Assembly: GCA_951406725.2 (NCBI GenBank)
Contig: OX597816.1
Span: forward strand, 46,872,001-46,936,000
Length of the DNA stretch: 64,000 nt
From: Octopus vulgaris
Taxonomy: Eukaryota
Reading direction: 5' to 3'
A model generated the notes under the pieces. That model worked only from the letters and a program-made list of their open reading frames with translations, did no database searches and was not told the origin of the DNA. Within the stretch, counting starts at the first letter, position 1. Each line of letters starts with the position of its first letter. Position numbers and translations under genes: made by a program. This document shows positions 49,859-61,728 of this stretch, piece after piece.

Positions 49859-51897
49859 GTAAGCATTCATTGACGGTTATTAGTTAAAAAGCAATGGAAT
49901 CTTTCAGTTTATGGTTGTCTTTATCCTATGTTATTTTTCTGGTAATAATTATGTTCATTTGTTTTGCATCCATTTCTCCTGAATTAGCATTAGTTAGATC
50001 AGGACTTATTTGAGACTGCTAGTCTCCAACCCTTATGCTTCAAGTAAGATTTTTTTGGTCATCTAAAGTGCAGAACAGCTGGTTGTAATGTCAACAAGAA
50101 TTGGAAGCCCCTTATCACCATTTCACTTAGGTAGTGATAAGCATGCACATATGGGTTTCCATATGGCTTGTGTCTGCCAGTTCCACTCACAAGGCGTTGG
50201 TCAACCAGGGACTATAGTAAACACTTAACCAGGGTGCCATGTAATTTGACTGAATCCATAGTGATGTGGTTGTAAAGTGAACTTCTGAACTCCATTGCCA
50301 TGACTGTCTTTGGGTAAGAAGATCTTGTTTTTGAGCAAAATAATCTAATATGAACAAAGTATTTATCAGCACAAATAGGTTTTTATGATTTGCGCTGTCT
50401 TTGGTTTCGTGCTAAACAAATGAAATGACGAGGTCAGCTTTTCTGAAAATATATATCCCATTTTTTATTGAACATTTTAAAACTCTTGGGGGAATTTAAA
50501 TTAACGAAAAATTAAGAATGCCACTGAAATAGTCATGTGGTTTTAGGAATAATGAATTTTTTCTTTAAAGATAATAAAGCGTAGATTTTCGTCTTTTTTA
50601 ATAATCTGGCTTTGTATTGTTTATGTCTGTTTAAATGTTTTGAAATATATAAAGATATTTAATGACAAATGTATCAGGTACAGGCTTGCCTGTATGGTTA
50701 TGGAGTTTGCTTTGTTACCATGTGGTTTTGAGTGCCATCTCACTGTGAGGTACTTTGGTCAAATGTCTTCTGTCCTCTCGGGCCAACCAATGCCTTGTTA
50801 GTAAAATTGAAAGACAGAAAATGTACAGATGATTAACATGTGTGCACATGTCTGTATTTGCATGCTTATGTGTGTGTATCAGTGTGAATGCACATATTCT
50901 ACAGCTACATTAAGAAAACAACATTCTCCATCAACAAATCAATCCACTGATTCTGCACTTATCAAGACAAGGGGAATAATAATAAATCCCTTTCTTGAAA
51001 AATAGCTAAGAGTTAGCAACTGATCCAATTCATGCTAGGATGGAAAAAAAATACCCAAAATAAGTGAATGAGTAGATTCATAAACAGTGAAATACAGCAA
51101 ATATAAATAAAGATGAATTTATTTTGTAACTACTAATTGTAGCAAAAACTACAATTTTACCCTTTACAAATAAGTGTGTTTCTAGTATTCTTCTAATTAT
51201 TGAGAATTTTACTGTAAATTTGTTTTCTTAATTTCCCTTTGGGTTTAAAAATCCAGTCAGTTATGAGTGCTGGGAAATGATTATTAAGGCTGCATTACAT
51301 TTCTGATAGCAACTGTCTCTACATTGAGTGAACTTAGTTTCACTGAGTGTTTCAATAGTAAAGAAGGAAAGGAGTTTTTTTATCACAAAATAATTTGAAG
51401 ACTTTGTTAACAGTAATGCACACAAACTATTTGTGGAACTTTTGTGTTCCAATTGGCATTAATTTAATTTAATGTGTTTGTTGTACACTTCTAACCAGTT
51501 ATAAATAACTTGATATGAGTTTTACTTGCATTTTATACTTTTGATGTTTGTTAACACTTTTCTAATTACAAATTCTTGTCTTTCCCCATACACTGTCACT
51601 CACTTTCATGCACACAATCTTACACTTGCTTGTTCCCATGTGTGCCTACCCACCTGTACAACCACCCATTCTCTCAATCACTCCTCTTTTATGCGCACAC
51701 AAGCAGCTTTCTCTTAAAAGATTACGTGATTTGCTATTGTGTGTGTGTGTGTGTATTATATCATCATCATTTAACGTCCATTTTCCATGATGGCATGGGT
51801 TGGACATTTATACATATATATCCACACACACATTTGTAGGATTGAACTCATTTGAAGTAAATTTATTTCTAGTTTGAATGTCTTAATTTCAATACAG

Positions 51898-52037
51898 GTA
51901 TGTTTAATACGCCTGGTATGCAGAGTTTGCTAACACAAATGACACAGAATCCACAACTGATCCAGAATATGTTGCAAGCTCCATACATTCAAACTATGAT
52001 GCAAACCATGTCCAGTAATCCTGATATGGCTCAGCAG
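51898..52037 (+). CDS. UBQLN1: Ubiquilin exon 9: [47 protein letters not shown]
   Basis: tacag acceptor, CAG|gtattt donor; [11 protein letters not shown] signature. Confidence 0.96.
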
Positions 52038-53577
52038 GTATTTACTGATTTTTTTTTTTTTTTTTATATATATCATTCATGCTTAAAATAATTCTGCTGT
52101 CATGAATTTCATATTTATTTCATCATCTGTTAATTTTATATAAAAATTGTCTCCTTCAACTTGTTGAAAGTTTTCAAAAGTTTTTCAGTATTGATGGCTC
52201 ATTTCATGTTTCAGAAAATACCATAATGACAAACAGTTCTTTGCTGTAAGTAGCAAGAGAACTAAGTGATGTATGCTATGTTTGTTACATGCTATGCTCA
52301 TTATCCTCTCATATATACCATTTGATATTACTAACAGCATTTTAGGCTAGCATTATAATCCTATCCTCCATCTCATTGAATTGAATCTGATTACCTAGTT
52401 TCCATACTGGATTCTGTTCATTTCTTTTTAATTTCATGAATAATAATTCAGAGATTTGCTTGAATGTCATATCTCCTATTCCCATCTTTTCAGTTTATCA
52501 TTTTAATAATCTACACTCAAAACTGTTTGCTAAGAGTTTTGAAAATAAGTATTTATGGTTTAGTAAGTGTCTTGTTAAATTCTTCAGGCATATTTAAGAA
52601 ATTAATATTACTGTTTTTGGTAGGAAAAAAAAAACAGTGATAGTTTTGTAATTAAAAACGTTTTACTTTGTATTTTTATGTAAAGTAGTTCTAAGTACCA
52701 AGTCCCTCTCAATTTTAAACAGTACAGACAGTGCTTGTGAATTCTGAGAACTAGTGAGGCAAAGAAGGGTAATGAACCTGTTTTCACTAATTGAGTTACT
52801 TTTATATATTTCTCAAGAGTGTAATGCCCATAGAATTCTTTTTACATATTTCAGTGTATCTCATTACATGAACTACAATGGTTTTAAGGTCTTTGACATG
52901 CTTACTATATTCCTTGATCAATAATAATTTGACATATTTTAGCTGTAAAGTCTTTTCTTTCTATATCAGGTAGTCATTAAGTCTACAGTTAGTATCACTA
53001 TAGTAACTCTTAAGAATTATAGTTATTGTAGCAAGTCAGAAATGCAATTGTAAATTTTTGAGCCTAGTTCTTTATTTTAAGATTTTTTTTTATTTAGCTA
53101 GATTTAGAATAGATTGGAAAAAGTTTAGGGAACTGTTATCTCTGTTGGTAACAAAGGATTTTGCTTAACAATGATGATAGCTCTGTAGAGTTTCAGGAAT
53201 GGGAGCAATACCATTTCTTCTTCTTCCCCCATTCCATCCCCTTTACACTTGATCTCTTTCTGAGTTAGAAATCCCTATTTTGAGTTAGATGAATTTGACC
53301 AAGTTATATTTTTACTTTTTAATCTAGTTCAGAATTTGAGAGTCCTGGTATCAAATACTGCCATTGTTAATTTTGTTTTACATCAGTTTGCATTGTTGAA
53401 ATGATTTCTCTTCTTCTCACTATAAACTGACAATACTGAATATGAAAAGATATGAATAAGGAGTATGTCACCTATGCCTTCTTAATTCAGTGCATGAGAA
53501 TTTTTATAAACTGATGACAGTAATCAATGATGATTATATTATTATTATTATGATAATAATAATTACTGTTATTTCAG

Positions 53578-53661
53578 ATTTTAGGTAATAATCCATTATT
53601 TGCTGCCAACCCCCAATTTCAAGATATATTTAACCAGTATCTTCCTACCATGATGAATCAG
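53578..53661 (+). CDS. UBQLN1: Ubiquilin exon 10: ILGNNPLFAANPQFQDIFNQYLPTMMNQ
   Basis: tttcag acceptor, CAG|gtatat donor, 28 codons; NNPLFA.NPQ motif. Confidence 0.95.
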
Positions 53662-54835
53662 GTATATATCTTGTCTTTTCCCCAAATCTTCTGTAAATAA
53701 ATATTGAATATTTATTTATATTTATTAATTTTTGCTTAGATTTTAAAAAAAATGTACATTAGTATATCTACAAAAAACCAGCTTTTCATTAAGCTGTTGA
53801 AGTCGCTACAAGTATTTGTGCATCTCGTTAATGACTGCCTAAATGTGTAAATAGCTTTTTTTTTTCTCTCTTGTTGATTTTTAGTAAATGTAGAGCAGAA
53901 ATTTGTTGCAAACAGGGCCATGTAGATTACCCAGTTTTGAAACTTGGTTGTAGATGTTTACTTTGTCTCAATAATGCTTTTTAAGGCACAGACATCCTAA
54001 TATTTCGTCATTTGAAAATCTTCCTAGTGTATAATCATTTTAAGTCCTTTTAGGAAATAGATATGTTTTTATATGTATCTAATTTTATTGGTTTCAGTAG
54101 GGTACAAGAAACCAACTATAAGACTAGTCAGTGATTTGTTTCCTGTCTTTGAATACTGTTGTTTCTCTGGCCAAATCACTTAACTTTGATATTGTCAAGT
54201 CCACTTGACTGTAAATAACTACTACGGGGTAAAATCAATTCACTACTGAAAGGTATGACAGAAATGAAGATTGAGTAGAGTCTAAAAGCACCACTTTCTG
54301 GTAGCTGTCATCACAAAGTATTGTGTGCTAACCCAGAAATGTTAAATTATTGTTGGATGTCACCTCTCTTCTGAATAGGATGTTTATCATAGGTTTTGCT
54401 TTTGTTGTGGGGAGAAGATTTAAGGCTATATAACCCCTCCCCAGGTACCACCACGATATCTGCTTACAGTTTGGTGGACATGTCTTTAATAGTTTTTTAC
54501 TTTATAAAGAAATCAAACTATTCTCTATCAACCCTTAAAATGCTGCACCACAAATAGCCATCAGTGTCATGGGGTCCTGAACTGTATTCAGAAAGTGTTG
54601 TTTTGCACTGAAAAATGAGAACTAAGCACTTTTTCTGCAAGAAACAAAGTTTAGACTCTTTTAGAAAGTATTTTCTGATAAAAAGACTTTCTGTTTGTAT
54701 TTGTGTTTATTCAGTGAATTTCTTTAAGGATTTTTTTCTTTTTTCATTATTCTCTTCTTCGATTTTTTTTTTAACATCATGGTTGGTAGAAATAATATAT
54801 TTCTAAATCTCTGAGAGAGATTTATGCAATAGCAG

Positions 54836-55213
54836 CATGATAAAGCGATAGTATGTTGTCAACTTAATGTGACAGTCCCATGAAAGGGAAGAATACTGTG
54901 AGATTTAGAAATATATTGTTTCTATTTTCAAAAATCAGTGAATGTATTTCACTTGAAATATGTTTTCAAAGGCAGATGGGCATTGAGAGCTAGCAAGCCA
55001 TGCTACTCCAGAGTGATGATGAGCAATGGCTCTGAAACTAGTCTCTGGCTTTGCTGGGTGGAGGTGCTTATTTCTACTTTGAAACATAAGGACACAGGAA
55101 ATGTATCAAGTCCAACAAGAAACTGTGTTTCGTAGGGCTAAATAACAGTAGCATTCTTCCCTTTTATGGGACTGTCGCATTAAGTTGACAACATGTAGAT
55201 GACTTTAATCATG
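54836..55213. repeat. Foldback element; 42-bp core arms at 54853-54894 and 55153-55194
   Basis: atgttgtcaacttaatgtgacagtcccatgaaagggaagaat / attcttcccttttatgggactgtcgcattaagttgacaacat. Confidence 0.85.
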
Positions 55214-55259
55214 GTTGGTATATTCCAAGTTGCAAATTAGAATTTAGTGTTATTATCTA

Positions 55260-55420
55260 TTAACTCTTGATACCAACTTCCTGTTTTAAACCAATCTAAA
55301 TTAACAGCTTGTCTCAAAATGTTATGCTAATTTGTTCTTGATCACCAAAATAATTAGTTATTTTCAAAATTAATTGAAACAAAGGCAGTGTATTTCAGCA
55401 GAAAGATAACAAAAGAGTTA
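55260..55420. mobile_element. TTAA-type MITE
   Basis: Ends ttaactcttgatacc / gataacaaaagagttaa. Confidence 0.5.
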
Positions 55421-56151
55421 ATGATTTTAATGATTTATTTATTTATTTGTTAATTAATGATTTGATTAAAGAGAGTTTAAACTTAGAGAAAATAATAGAG
55501 ATTTCATTGTCATTGTGATATTGGGATTTATTGATTATGAACAGAAGTGGAGGAGTGATTGTATCGATGCTTTCCATAGCAATATGGGTCCTACAAAATC
55601 CTTGAACTTTGAAGCAAAGCATTTTGAGTTGTTTCTTCAACTTCTTCCTGAAAGATTTTTTGTCAGGATTGAGAGCACAAGATATACACATCAACTAAGC
55701 AACATCACTTTCATTACATCAATGGGGGAGATTAAGTTATATCTCGGAATGCTTTTGCTAATAGTTGTGCAACTTCCAGATTAAAGATTACTAGAGCACA
55801 AATTCAGCTCTTGAGACAGGAATTGATATCATGTAGATATGTGAAAATATATACCTGTAAGCAAATTACATATATTCAACTTACCTGGGCAGGTAACAAC
55901 AGCATCACAACTGGTAAAACTCGATGACAGATAAAATAACATTTCACATCATACACCAACAATCATTACATGTTATCACCAAGTTTCATTGAAATTCATA
56001 GAAAAGTTATATTTTTATGATTTTTATTCTGGAATAACTGCATGTTTCTGAAAATATCTAGTTTATGACAAGATTGGGAGATTTACCGAGAAAAAGCAGT
56101 ACAATAATTAAAAAGTTGAAATAAAATTTATTTTATTAATTTCTTTTACAG

Positions 56152-56267
56152 TTGCAGAACCCACAGATGCAAACCCTCATAAGTAACCCACGGGCTTTAG
56201 AAGCTATAATGCAGATCCAGCAGTCCTTGCAACAGTTACAGAATGAAGCTCCTGGACTTTTTCCAGG
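56152..56267 (+). CDS. UBQLN1: Ubiquilin exon 11: [39 protein letters not shown]
   Basis: ttttacag acceptor, GG|gtatgc donor (phase 2); SNPRA..A..QIQQ.LQ.L..EAPGL motif. Confidence 0.95.
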
Positions 56268-56413
56268 GTATGCATTTGCTTTCTTAACTAAAGCAAACTA
56301 TTTAAACATGACTGTCTTCTTTATTTTGTTCTATTTTTAATCTCATTTTCTATTTGTTGGAGATAAACGAAATAGAAAAAATTCTCCAAATTTTATTATT
56401 ATAAGTAATTTCT

Positions 56414-56621
56414 AGGCAGTGAGCTGGTAATGATTGTTAGCATGCCAGGCCAAATGCTTAGCAACATTTTATCCATTTTTATGTCCTGAATCCAAATTCT
56501 GCTAAAGTTGACTTTGCCTTTCATCCATTTGGGTCAATTACATCAACCCCAGTCAAGTACTGGGGTTGATGTAATTGACTTCCACTTCAAAAACTGCTGG
56601 CCTTGTGCCAAAATTTGAAAC
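56414..56621 (+). mobile_element. Family-B SINE in intron 11
   Basis: aggcagtgagctgg...gactttgcctttcatcc...gccaaaatttgaaac. Confidence 0.8.
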
Positions 56622-57310
56622 ATTATTATAAATAATCTCTCAATTTCTTTTTTTTAAAGAAATACTTAAAATCATATTTGTAGGGCCTGGACAGCTCTCC
56701 GACTAGCCAGCTCCTGCCAAACCATCCAGCCCATGTCAGCATGGAAAATGGATGTTAAATGATAATGATTTGTAGAAACTAAAGAAGGAATTATCCATTT
56801 GTGACTGATTTCAAAATATTACAAATGATTGTAAAGAATCCACTTATTAACAGTAAATCAATCTCTGTTAGCTATGGAGATAAGTATTCCAGTTGTCTTG
56901 TCAGCAGAACTGTTTGCTTGTTGAATTATAATGCAATTGGTTGAATATTCAACAGACAGTTGAATCAACACGATACAATGTGTCACAAGGCTGACCTTTT
57001 GAATTATTGGTACAGTCTAGTATGCATGCTGCCAAAATTTTCATCTACCCAACTTCACTCACAAGTCTATGGTAAAAGATATTTTCCTTAGATGCTATAC
57101 TGTTGGGTCAAACTCTGGACCTTATGATTTTGATACCACCTGTCTGTAACTACTTACCTACATAAAACACCACAATGTCTACCAATCAAAATGTTGATTG
57201 TGTTTTTAAAGGTTTAGGTCATCATCATCATCATCGTTTAACATCCGTTTTCCATGCTAGCATGGGTTGAGTTCGTTAAATGGTGATCTGTATTATTAAT
57301 AATTATTTCA

Positions 57311-57514
57311 AGGTAATGAGTTGAATCGTTGGTTGAAATGCTCAGCGGGATTTCTTCCAACTTTTTATGTTCTGAGTTTAAATTCCACTGAGGTTGATTT
57401 TTGTCTTTCATCCTTTGTGGGTTGATAAAATAAGTATCAGTTGAACCCTGATGTTGATTACATCGACTCATCTCCTCCCTCAAAATTGCTGGCCTTGTAC
57501 CTAAATCTGAGACT
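57311..57514 (+). mobile_element. Family-B SINE in intron 11
   Basis: gaaatgctcagcgg...ctgagtttaaattccactgagg...ctttcatcctttgtggg. Confidence 0.75.
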
Positions 57515-57858
57515 GCAGAGAGCTGAAAGATAAAGCATTTTGCCTTACCATCACAGTTTTGCCAATCTGCCAGCCTGAATTAGTATTTTTTTTTTTTTGA
57601 CTATGAAAGAATGAAAAGCTGGGCAGGATTTGAACTCGTAACACTCAGATTTGGATAGCAAAGCATGCTATCCATTGCTCTAATAACTGTGGCAACTCTC
57701 CACCTTAGTGTAGTCTTAGATATCTCTAAAAATACTTTGGGCTAAACATAAAAGAAAAAAGTTATTTTACTAAGCCCATAATTTAAATTGACAATGGTTT
57801 TGAATATATAGAAAGGGTAGGCAGTGTATTGTTATTAGAAATCTGGTCATAAGAGTTA

Positions 57859-58183
57859 ATGCTGGAGCACTGCCTTGGAAGATTTTAAATCGAACAAATC
57901 GATCCCAGGAATTATTTTTTAAGCCTGGCACTTATTTTATAGGTCTCTTTTGCCAAACCGCTAAGTTACCGACACATAAACACAATAACACCAGTTGTCG
58001 AGTGATGATGTGGGGACAAACACAGACAAACACACACATACATACATACATATATACACACAAGGCTTTTGTTGGGCTGAGGCTATAGTAAAAGACATTT
58101 GCCCAAGGTGCCATGCAGTGGGACTGAATCCTGAACCCTGTGGTTGGGAAGCAAGCTTTTTACCACGCAGCCACGCCTGCACT
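57859..58183 (-). mobile_element. Family-A SINE (internally deleted) just upstream of exon 12
   Basis: gcccaaggtgccatgcagtgggactgaa...taccacgcagccacgcctgc. Confidence 0.8.
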
Positions 58184-58246
58184 TATATTGAAACTTTTTT
58201 AAAATATTTCTATTGAAAATATATTGATCTTACTTTTCTCTTACAG

Positions 58247-58658
58247 TTTAACTGGTCTTTCAATTCCTACTACCAGTAATACAACCACTGGTAGTACTGA
58301 TTCTACTACAACCACAGCCTCCTCCACCGCCTCCACTACCACCACCACTACTTCTACAGAAGCCACCAACACATCCGCTACTGCTGGCTCTGCGGTGAAT
58401 TCATCTGACAAGCCGGCTACGACTGCTGGTGAGAACACCTCCTCCTCTCCCGCCACCACAACTTCTACCACATCATCTACTTCTCCTAATATAACTGGTG
58501 GCACCAATACCACAGCCAGCGGGGATTCTAACCCTCTTGGTGGTAATACCAGTGCTGATGCATTCAGTAATTTGATGGCCCAAATGGTACAGATGATGGC
58601 CAGTGGTCAAATGGGAAATAATCCAATGACTAGTGGTTTACTCGGCACAGGACAAATG
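58247..58658 (+). CDS. UBQLN1: Ubiquilin exon 12: long Thr/Ser-rich linker plus helix DAFSNLMAQMVQMMA
   Basis: ttctcttacag acceptor, ATG|gtaggt donor; phase 2 to 0 joins exons 11 and 13 in frame. Confidence 0.9.
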
Positions 58659-59798
58659 GTAGGTGTTCTATATTTCATTTCTTGGAGTGATCTTGAATGT
58701 TGTGTGTTAATTGTTGGCATTACTCATAATTACCTTTCTTTCATTGACATTATATGCATACATGGCTATATTTTATAATGTATATATGCTTTGCAGCCAT
58801 GTAATTTTGGGTTCATCCCACTGCGCAACATTGTGGCTGAGAGCCTTTTTTCTTTTATTTACCATATGTGGTCTCAGGCCCATCATGAAGCAATGTATGT
58901 AGATGACATTCCATGTCCCATATCCATAGGTTGCAGCCTGTCCTGGTTTTAAAATGTGGACAGTGCTATGCATCCATGAACCCACATCTGGCTTACGTGG
59001 GCGTATTGGTGCAGGGTTGATCCTAACCTAGACGCCAACCCCAGTTGGTGAGTTGCAAAAGGCACTGGAACCTGCCAGACTTCAGCTGAGCAAGCCCAAG
59101 AGGCACATAAACATGATCGTGATAGCATAGTTTTTGATTGTGGTTGAATATTGAACCCAGTAGTTAGCGATTAACAATGGTTCAAAATAGTATTCCTCTG
59201 CACAGAGCAGTAGCCTGTTCATCTCCAGAAGAAGCATCCAGCTGTAGCACTTCCCCAGGGTGAGCTTCAAAGTTCCATCATGTACCACCAACCTGCATGG
59301 ACTCCAACTTTTAATGACACTTGGATGTCATATGAAGTCTGGACCGCTCTCAAAGGGACATTGCATGAAATTACAGCGCTTTACCCAATTGAACTCAGGC
59401 TTTCGGTGTTGTTAGCTTACCCAAGAACCAATTTGGTATTATTGCATTTTTCTAATAAAACTCCTACCATTGGTTTAAGCCCTCTTACCACAATTTTTAA
59501 TGGACCATCTTCTACTTTAGTTCTGAGTTGACCAGTGTATTATATGTAGAATCAAACTGAAACTATGGAAATCTCCCCCTCTTTTTATTTCATCACTTCT
59601 TTTTTTTACTCTTACACTTGTTTTTCTTGGAATTTTGTTCACCTTTTCTTAATTTTTTTCCCTTTTCCCAAAGATGTTGTTTACATTTCTTGTTCACACT
59701 TTGGCTAGTCACTGTACTTTTGAAGAACTTAATAAAAAAAAATGATACTTGTAAACAAGTAAAGGTTGATGACAGGAAGATCATTGTTGTAAAGTACC

Positions 59799-60087
59799 TA
59801 TTTCTTTATTACCCACAAGGGGACAAACAAGGACAGACATAGGTATTAAGTCGATTACATCGACCCCAGTGCGTAACTGGTACTTAATTTATCGACCCCG
59901 AAAGGATGAAAGGCAAAGTCGACCTCGGCGGAATTTGAACTCACAACGTAACGCCAGACGAAATACGGCTACGCATTTCGCCGCCTTATGAATTATATTG
60001 TGGCAGCAGTGAGATTCGAACCCACGCCTCCGAAGAGACTGGTGCCTAAAACCAGCGCCTTAGACCACTCGGCCACGCTACCATCTG
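59799..60087 (-). mobile_element. Composite tRNA-Leu + family-B SINE insertion with 13-bp TSD
   Basis: gttgtaaagtacc at 59786-59798 and 60088-60100 brackets tRNA (60001-60082), 12-nt spacer and SINE (59799-59988). Confidence 0.8.
60001..60082 (-). tRNA. tRNA-Leu(TAG), 82 nt, probably a retroposed copy
   Basis: GGTAGCGTGGCCGAGTGGTCTAAGGCGCTGGTTTTAGGCACCAGTCTCTTCGGAGGCGTGGGTTCGAATCTCACTGCTGCCA: full cloverleaf, long variable arm, anticodon TAG, intact A and B boxes, G-U pairs in acceptor and T stems, no adjacent T4 terminator. Confidence 0.9.
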
Positions 60088-60270
60088 GTTGTAAAGTACC
60101 ACCTCAAAAGAGTTCCTGTCCAATGAATACTAACATTGAAGGAAATGAATGTACTATGCTCTTTGCTGCTTTCTTTTCCTTTGTTTTGTTCATCTTCAAT
60201 TTCTTGGAATAAATGGAATTTGTCTCTTGATGGAGCTCACCTTTGAATTTTTTAGCAGAGACAGCTTTAT

Positions 60271-60390
60271 TCTTTTCTACTCTAGGCACAAGGTCCAAAA
60301 TTTTTGGGGAGGGAGGGAACCAGTCAATTACATCGACCCCAGTATGCAACTGGTACTCAATTTATTGTTACTGAAAGGATGAAAGGTAAA
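60271..60390 (-). mobile_element. 5'-truncated family-B SINE
   Basis: ctttt..ggcacaagg..catcgaccccagt..gaaaggatgaaaggtaaa. Confidence 0.7.
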
Positions 60391-60650
60391 ATGACACCAA
60401 CATCAGCCATGATTATGATTTCACTTAAAAAAACCCACCTCATCTCATCTAGGTTGTCCCATTGGGTGCCCCTTTTTTAGGGTTTTCGGTTGTACATTTA
60501 TAGGAGTCACAGGGCACTGCTCCATGTGATCCTGCAGTTTCCATTTTACCAAACAAAACTTTCTCACTCGCTGCCTTATCCTGCCTTCCTTTATCTTGTT
60601 CATTCTTGCTTTTTTTTTTTTTGTTACATTCTATATATCTCTTTTTCTAG

Positions 60651-60735
60651 GTTCAACCTCCTGATCAGCGCTTTGGACCTCAATTGGAACAGCTTGCAGC
60701 AATGGGATTTGTGGATCGAGAAGCTAATATTAGAG
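60651..60735 (+). CDS. UBQLN1: Ubiquilin exon 13, UBA: VQPPDQRFGPQLEQLAAMGFVDREANIR
   Basis: ttttctag acceptor, G|gtagtg donor; QLEQL.AMGF..REAN signature. Confidence 0.97.
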
Positions 60736-61319
60736 GTAGTGTTTCTAAGTGTACTTCTGTTAGCTGTGTTGCAAAAAGTATATAACTGCATGACTTTTAG
60801 TTTGGGTTCTGAAATTTCTAGATGGCTAACTAAATTCGAAGGTTAATGTAAATCTAAGTTAACCTAGTTTTCCAAATTCAAATACCGGTGTGGATTTGGT
60901 CCCTTCATTTATTATTTAAATTTAATTTGTATTTATATTGATTTTTTTTTACTAAATGGTGCAGTGTTTATTTTTCAATAAGTTTGATATCAATATCACA
61001 GAGCAAGTTCACTACTCAGCAGATTGCCATTTATCCAAGTTTTTCATTGTCTACTCTGTGAGGTGTCACATTCTGAGACCTTGTCTCAATTCGATGAAAG
61101 TGGGTGGGAATTGCTCTTAAGCAAATGAATACATAGATATGACTCTGTATTTTTTCTTATTAAGGACAATGGCAAAGCAGAAGTTTTAGTAAGGCCAGAC
61201 ATGTTACACTATAGTTGAGTTGTTTCTGCTTTTCCTTCGTTCAGCTTCATCAGGGAGGGTGTGGCTCTATAGTTTGGGTATACAGACAGTACAGCTGGAG
61301 ATCAGTTATATTGATTATA

Positions 61320-61553
61320 TACTTCTTTACTACCCACAAGGGGCTAAACACAGAGGGGACAAACAAGGACAGACAAAGGGATTAAATCGATTACATCGAT
61401 CCCAGTGCGTAACTGGTACTTAATTTATCAACCCCGAAAGGATGAAAGTCAAAGTCGACCTCGGCGGAATTTGAACTCAGAACGTAACGGCAGACGAAAT
61501 ACGGCTACACATTTCGCCCGGCGTGCTACTGTTTCTGCCAGCTCGCCGCCTTC
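61320..61553 (-). mobile_element. Young full-length family-B SINE with 21-bp TSD
   Basis: agatcagttatattgattata at 61299-61319 and 61554-61574; CpGs retained. Confidence 0.92.
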
Positions 61554-61666
61554 AGATCAGTTATATTGATTATAACCTCCCCTCTCTTAGTTTTGTCAGT
61601 ATTAGATATCATTGTTTGTTTTTGTTGGTTGATATTTAATATTCTTTTTTTTTTCTTCTTCTTCAG

Positions 61667-61728
61667 CTTTGACTGCTACCCTGGGTGATGTGAATGCTGC
61701 CATTGACAGGCTTTTACAACAGAGATGA
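61667..61728 (+). CDS. UBQLN1: Ubiquilin exon 14, end of UBA: ALTATLGDVNAAIDRLLQQR*
   Basis: cttcag acceptor; GDVNAAI.RLL signature; TGA at 61726-61728. Confidence 0.97.

Larger units (their letters stand above)
14393..61728 (+). other. UBQLN1: Ubiquilin gene (UBQLN1/2/4-like, Dsk2 family), 14 coding exons, 643 aa
   Basis: Exon lengths 105+153+219+126+51+78+124+177+140+84+116+412+85+62 = 1932 nt, all introns GT-AG, phases consistent. The protein has UBL, STI1 (NP-rich) and UBA motifs typical of ubiquilins. Confidence 0.96.

Noticed and set aside
58241-58513. Val-rich minus-strand ORF
   Set aside because: It is the antisense shadow of the Thr-rich exon 12.
61297-61560. Family-A and family-B SINE heads as tRNA genes
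   Set aside because: They have A and B boxes but no complete cloverleaf; only 60001-60082 qualifies.
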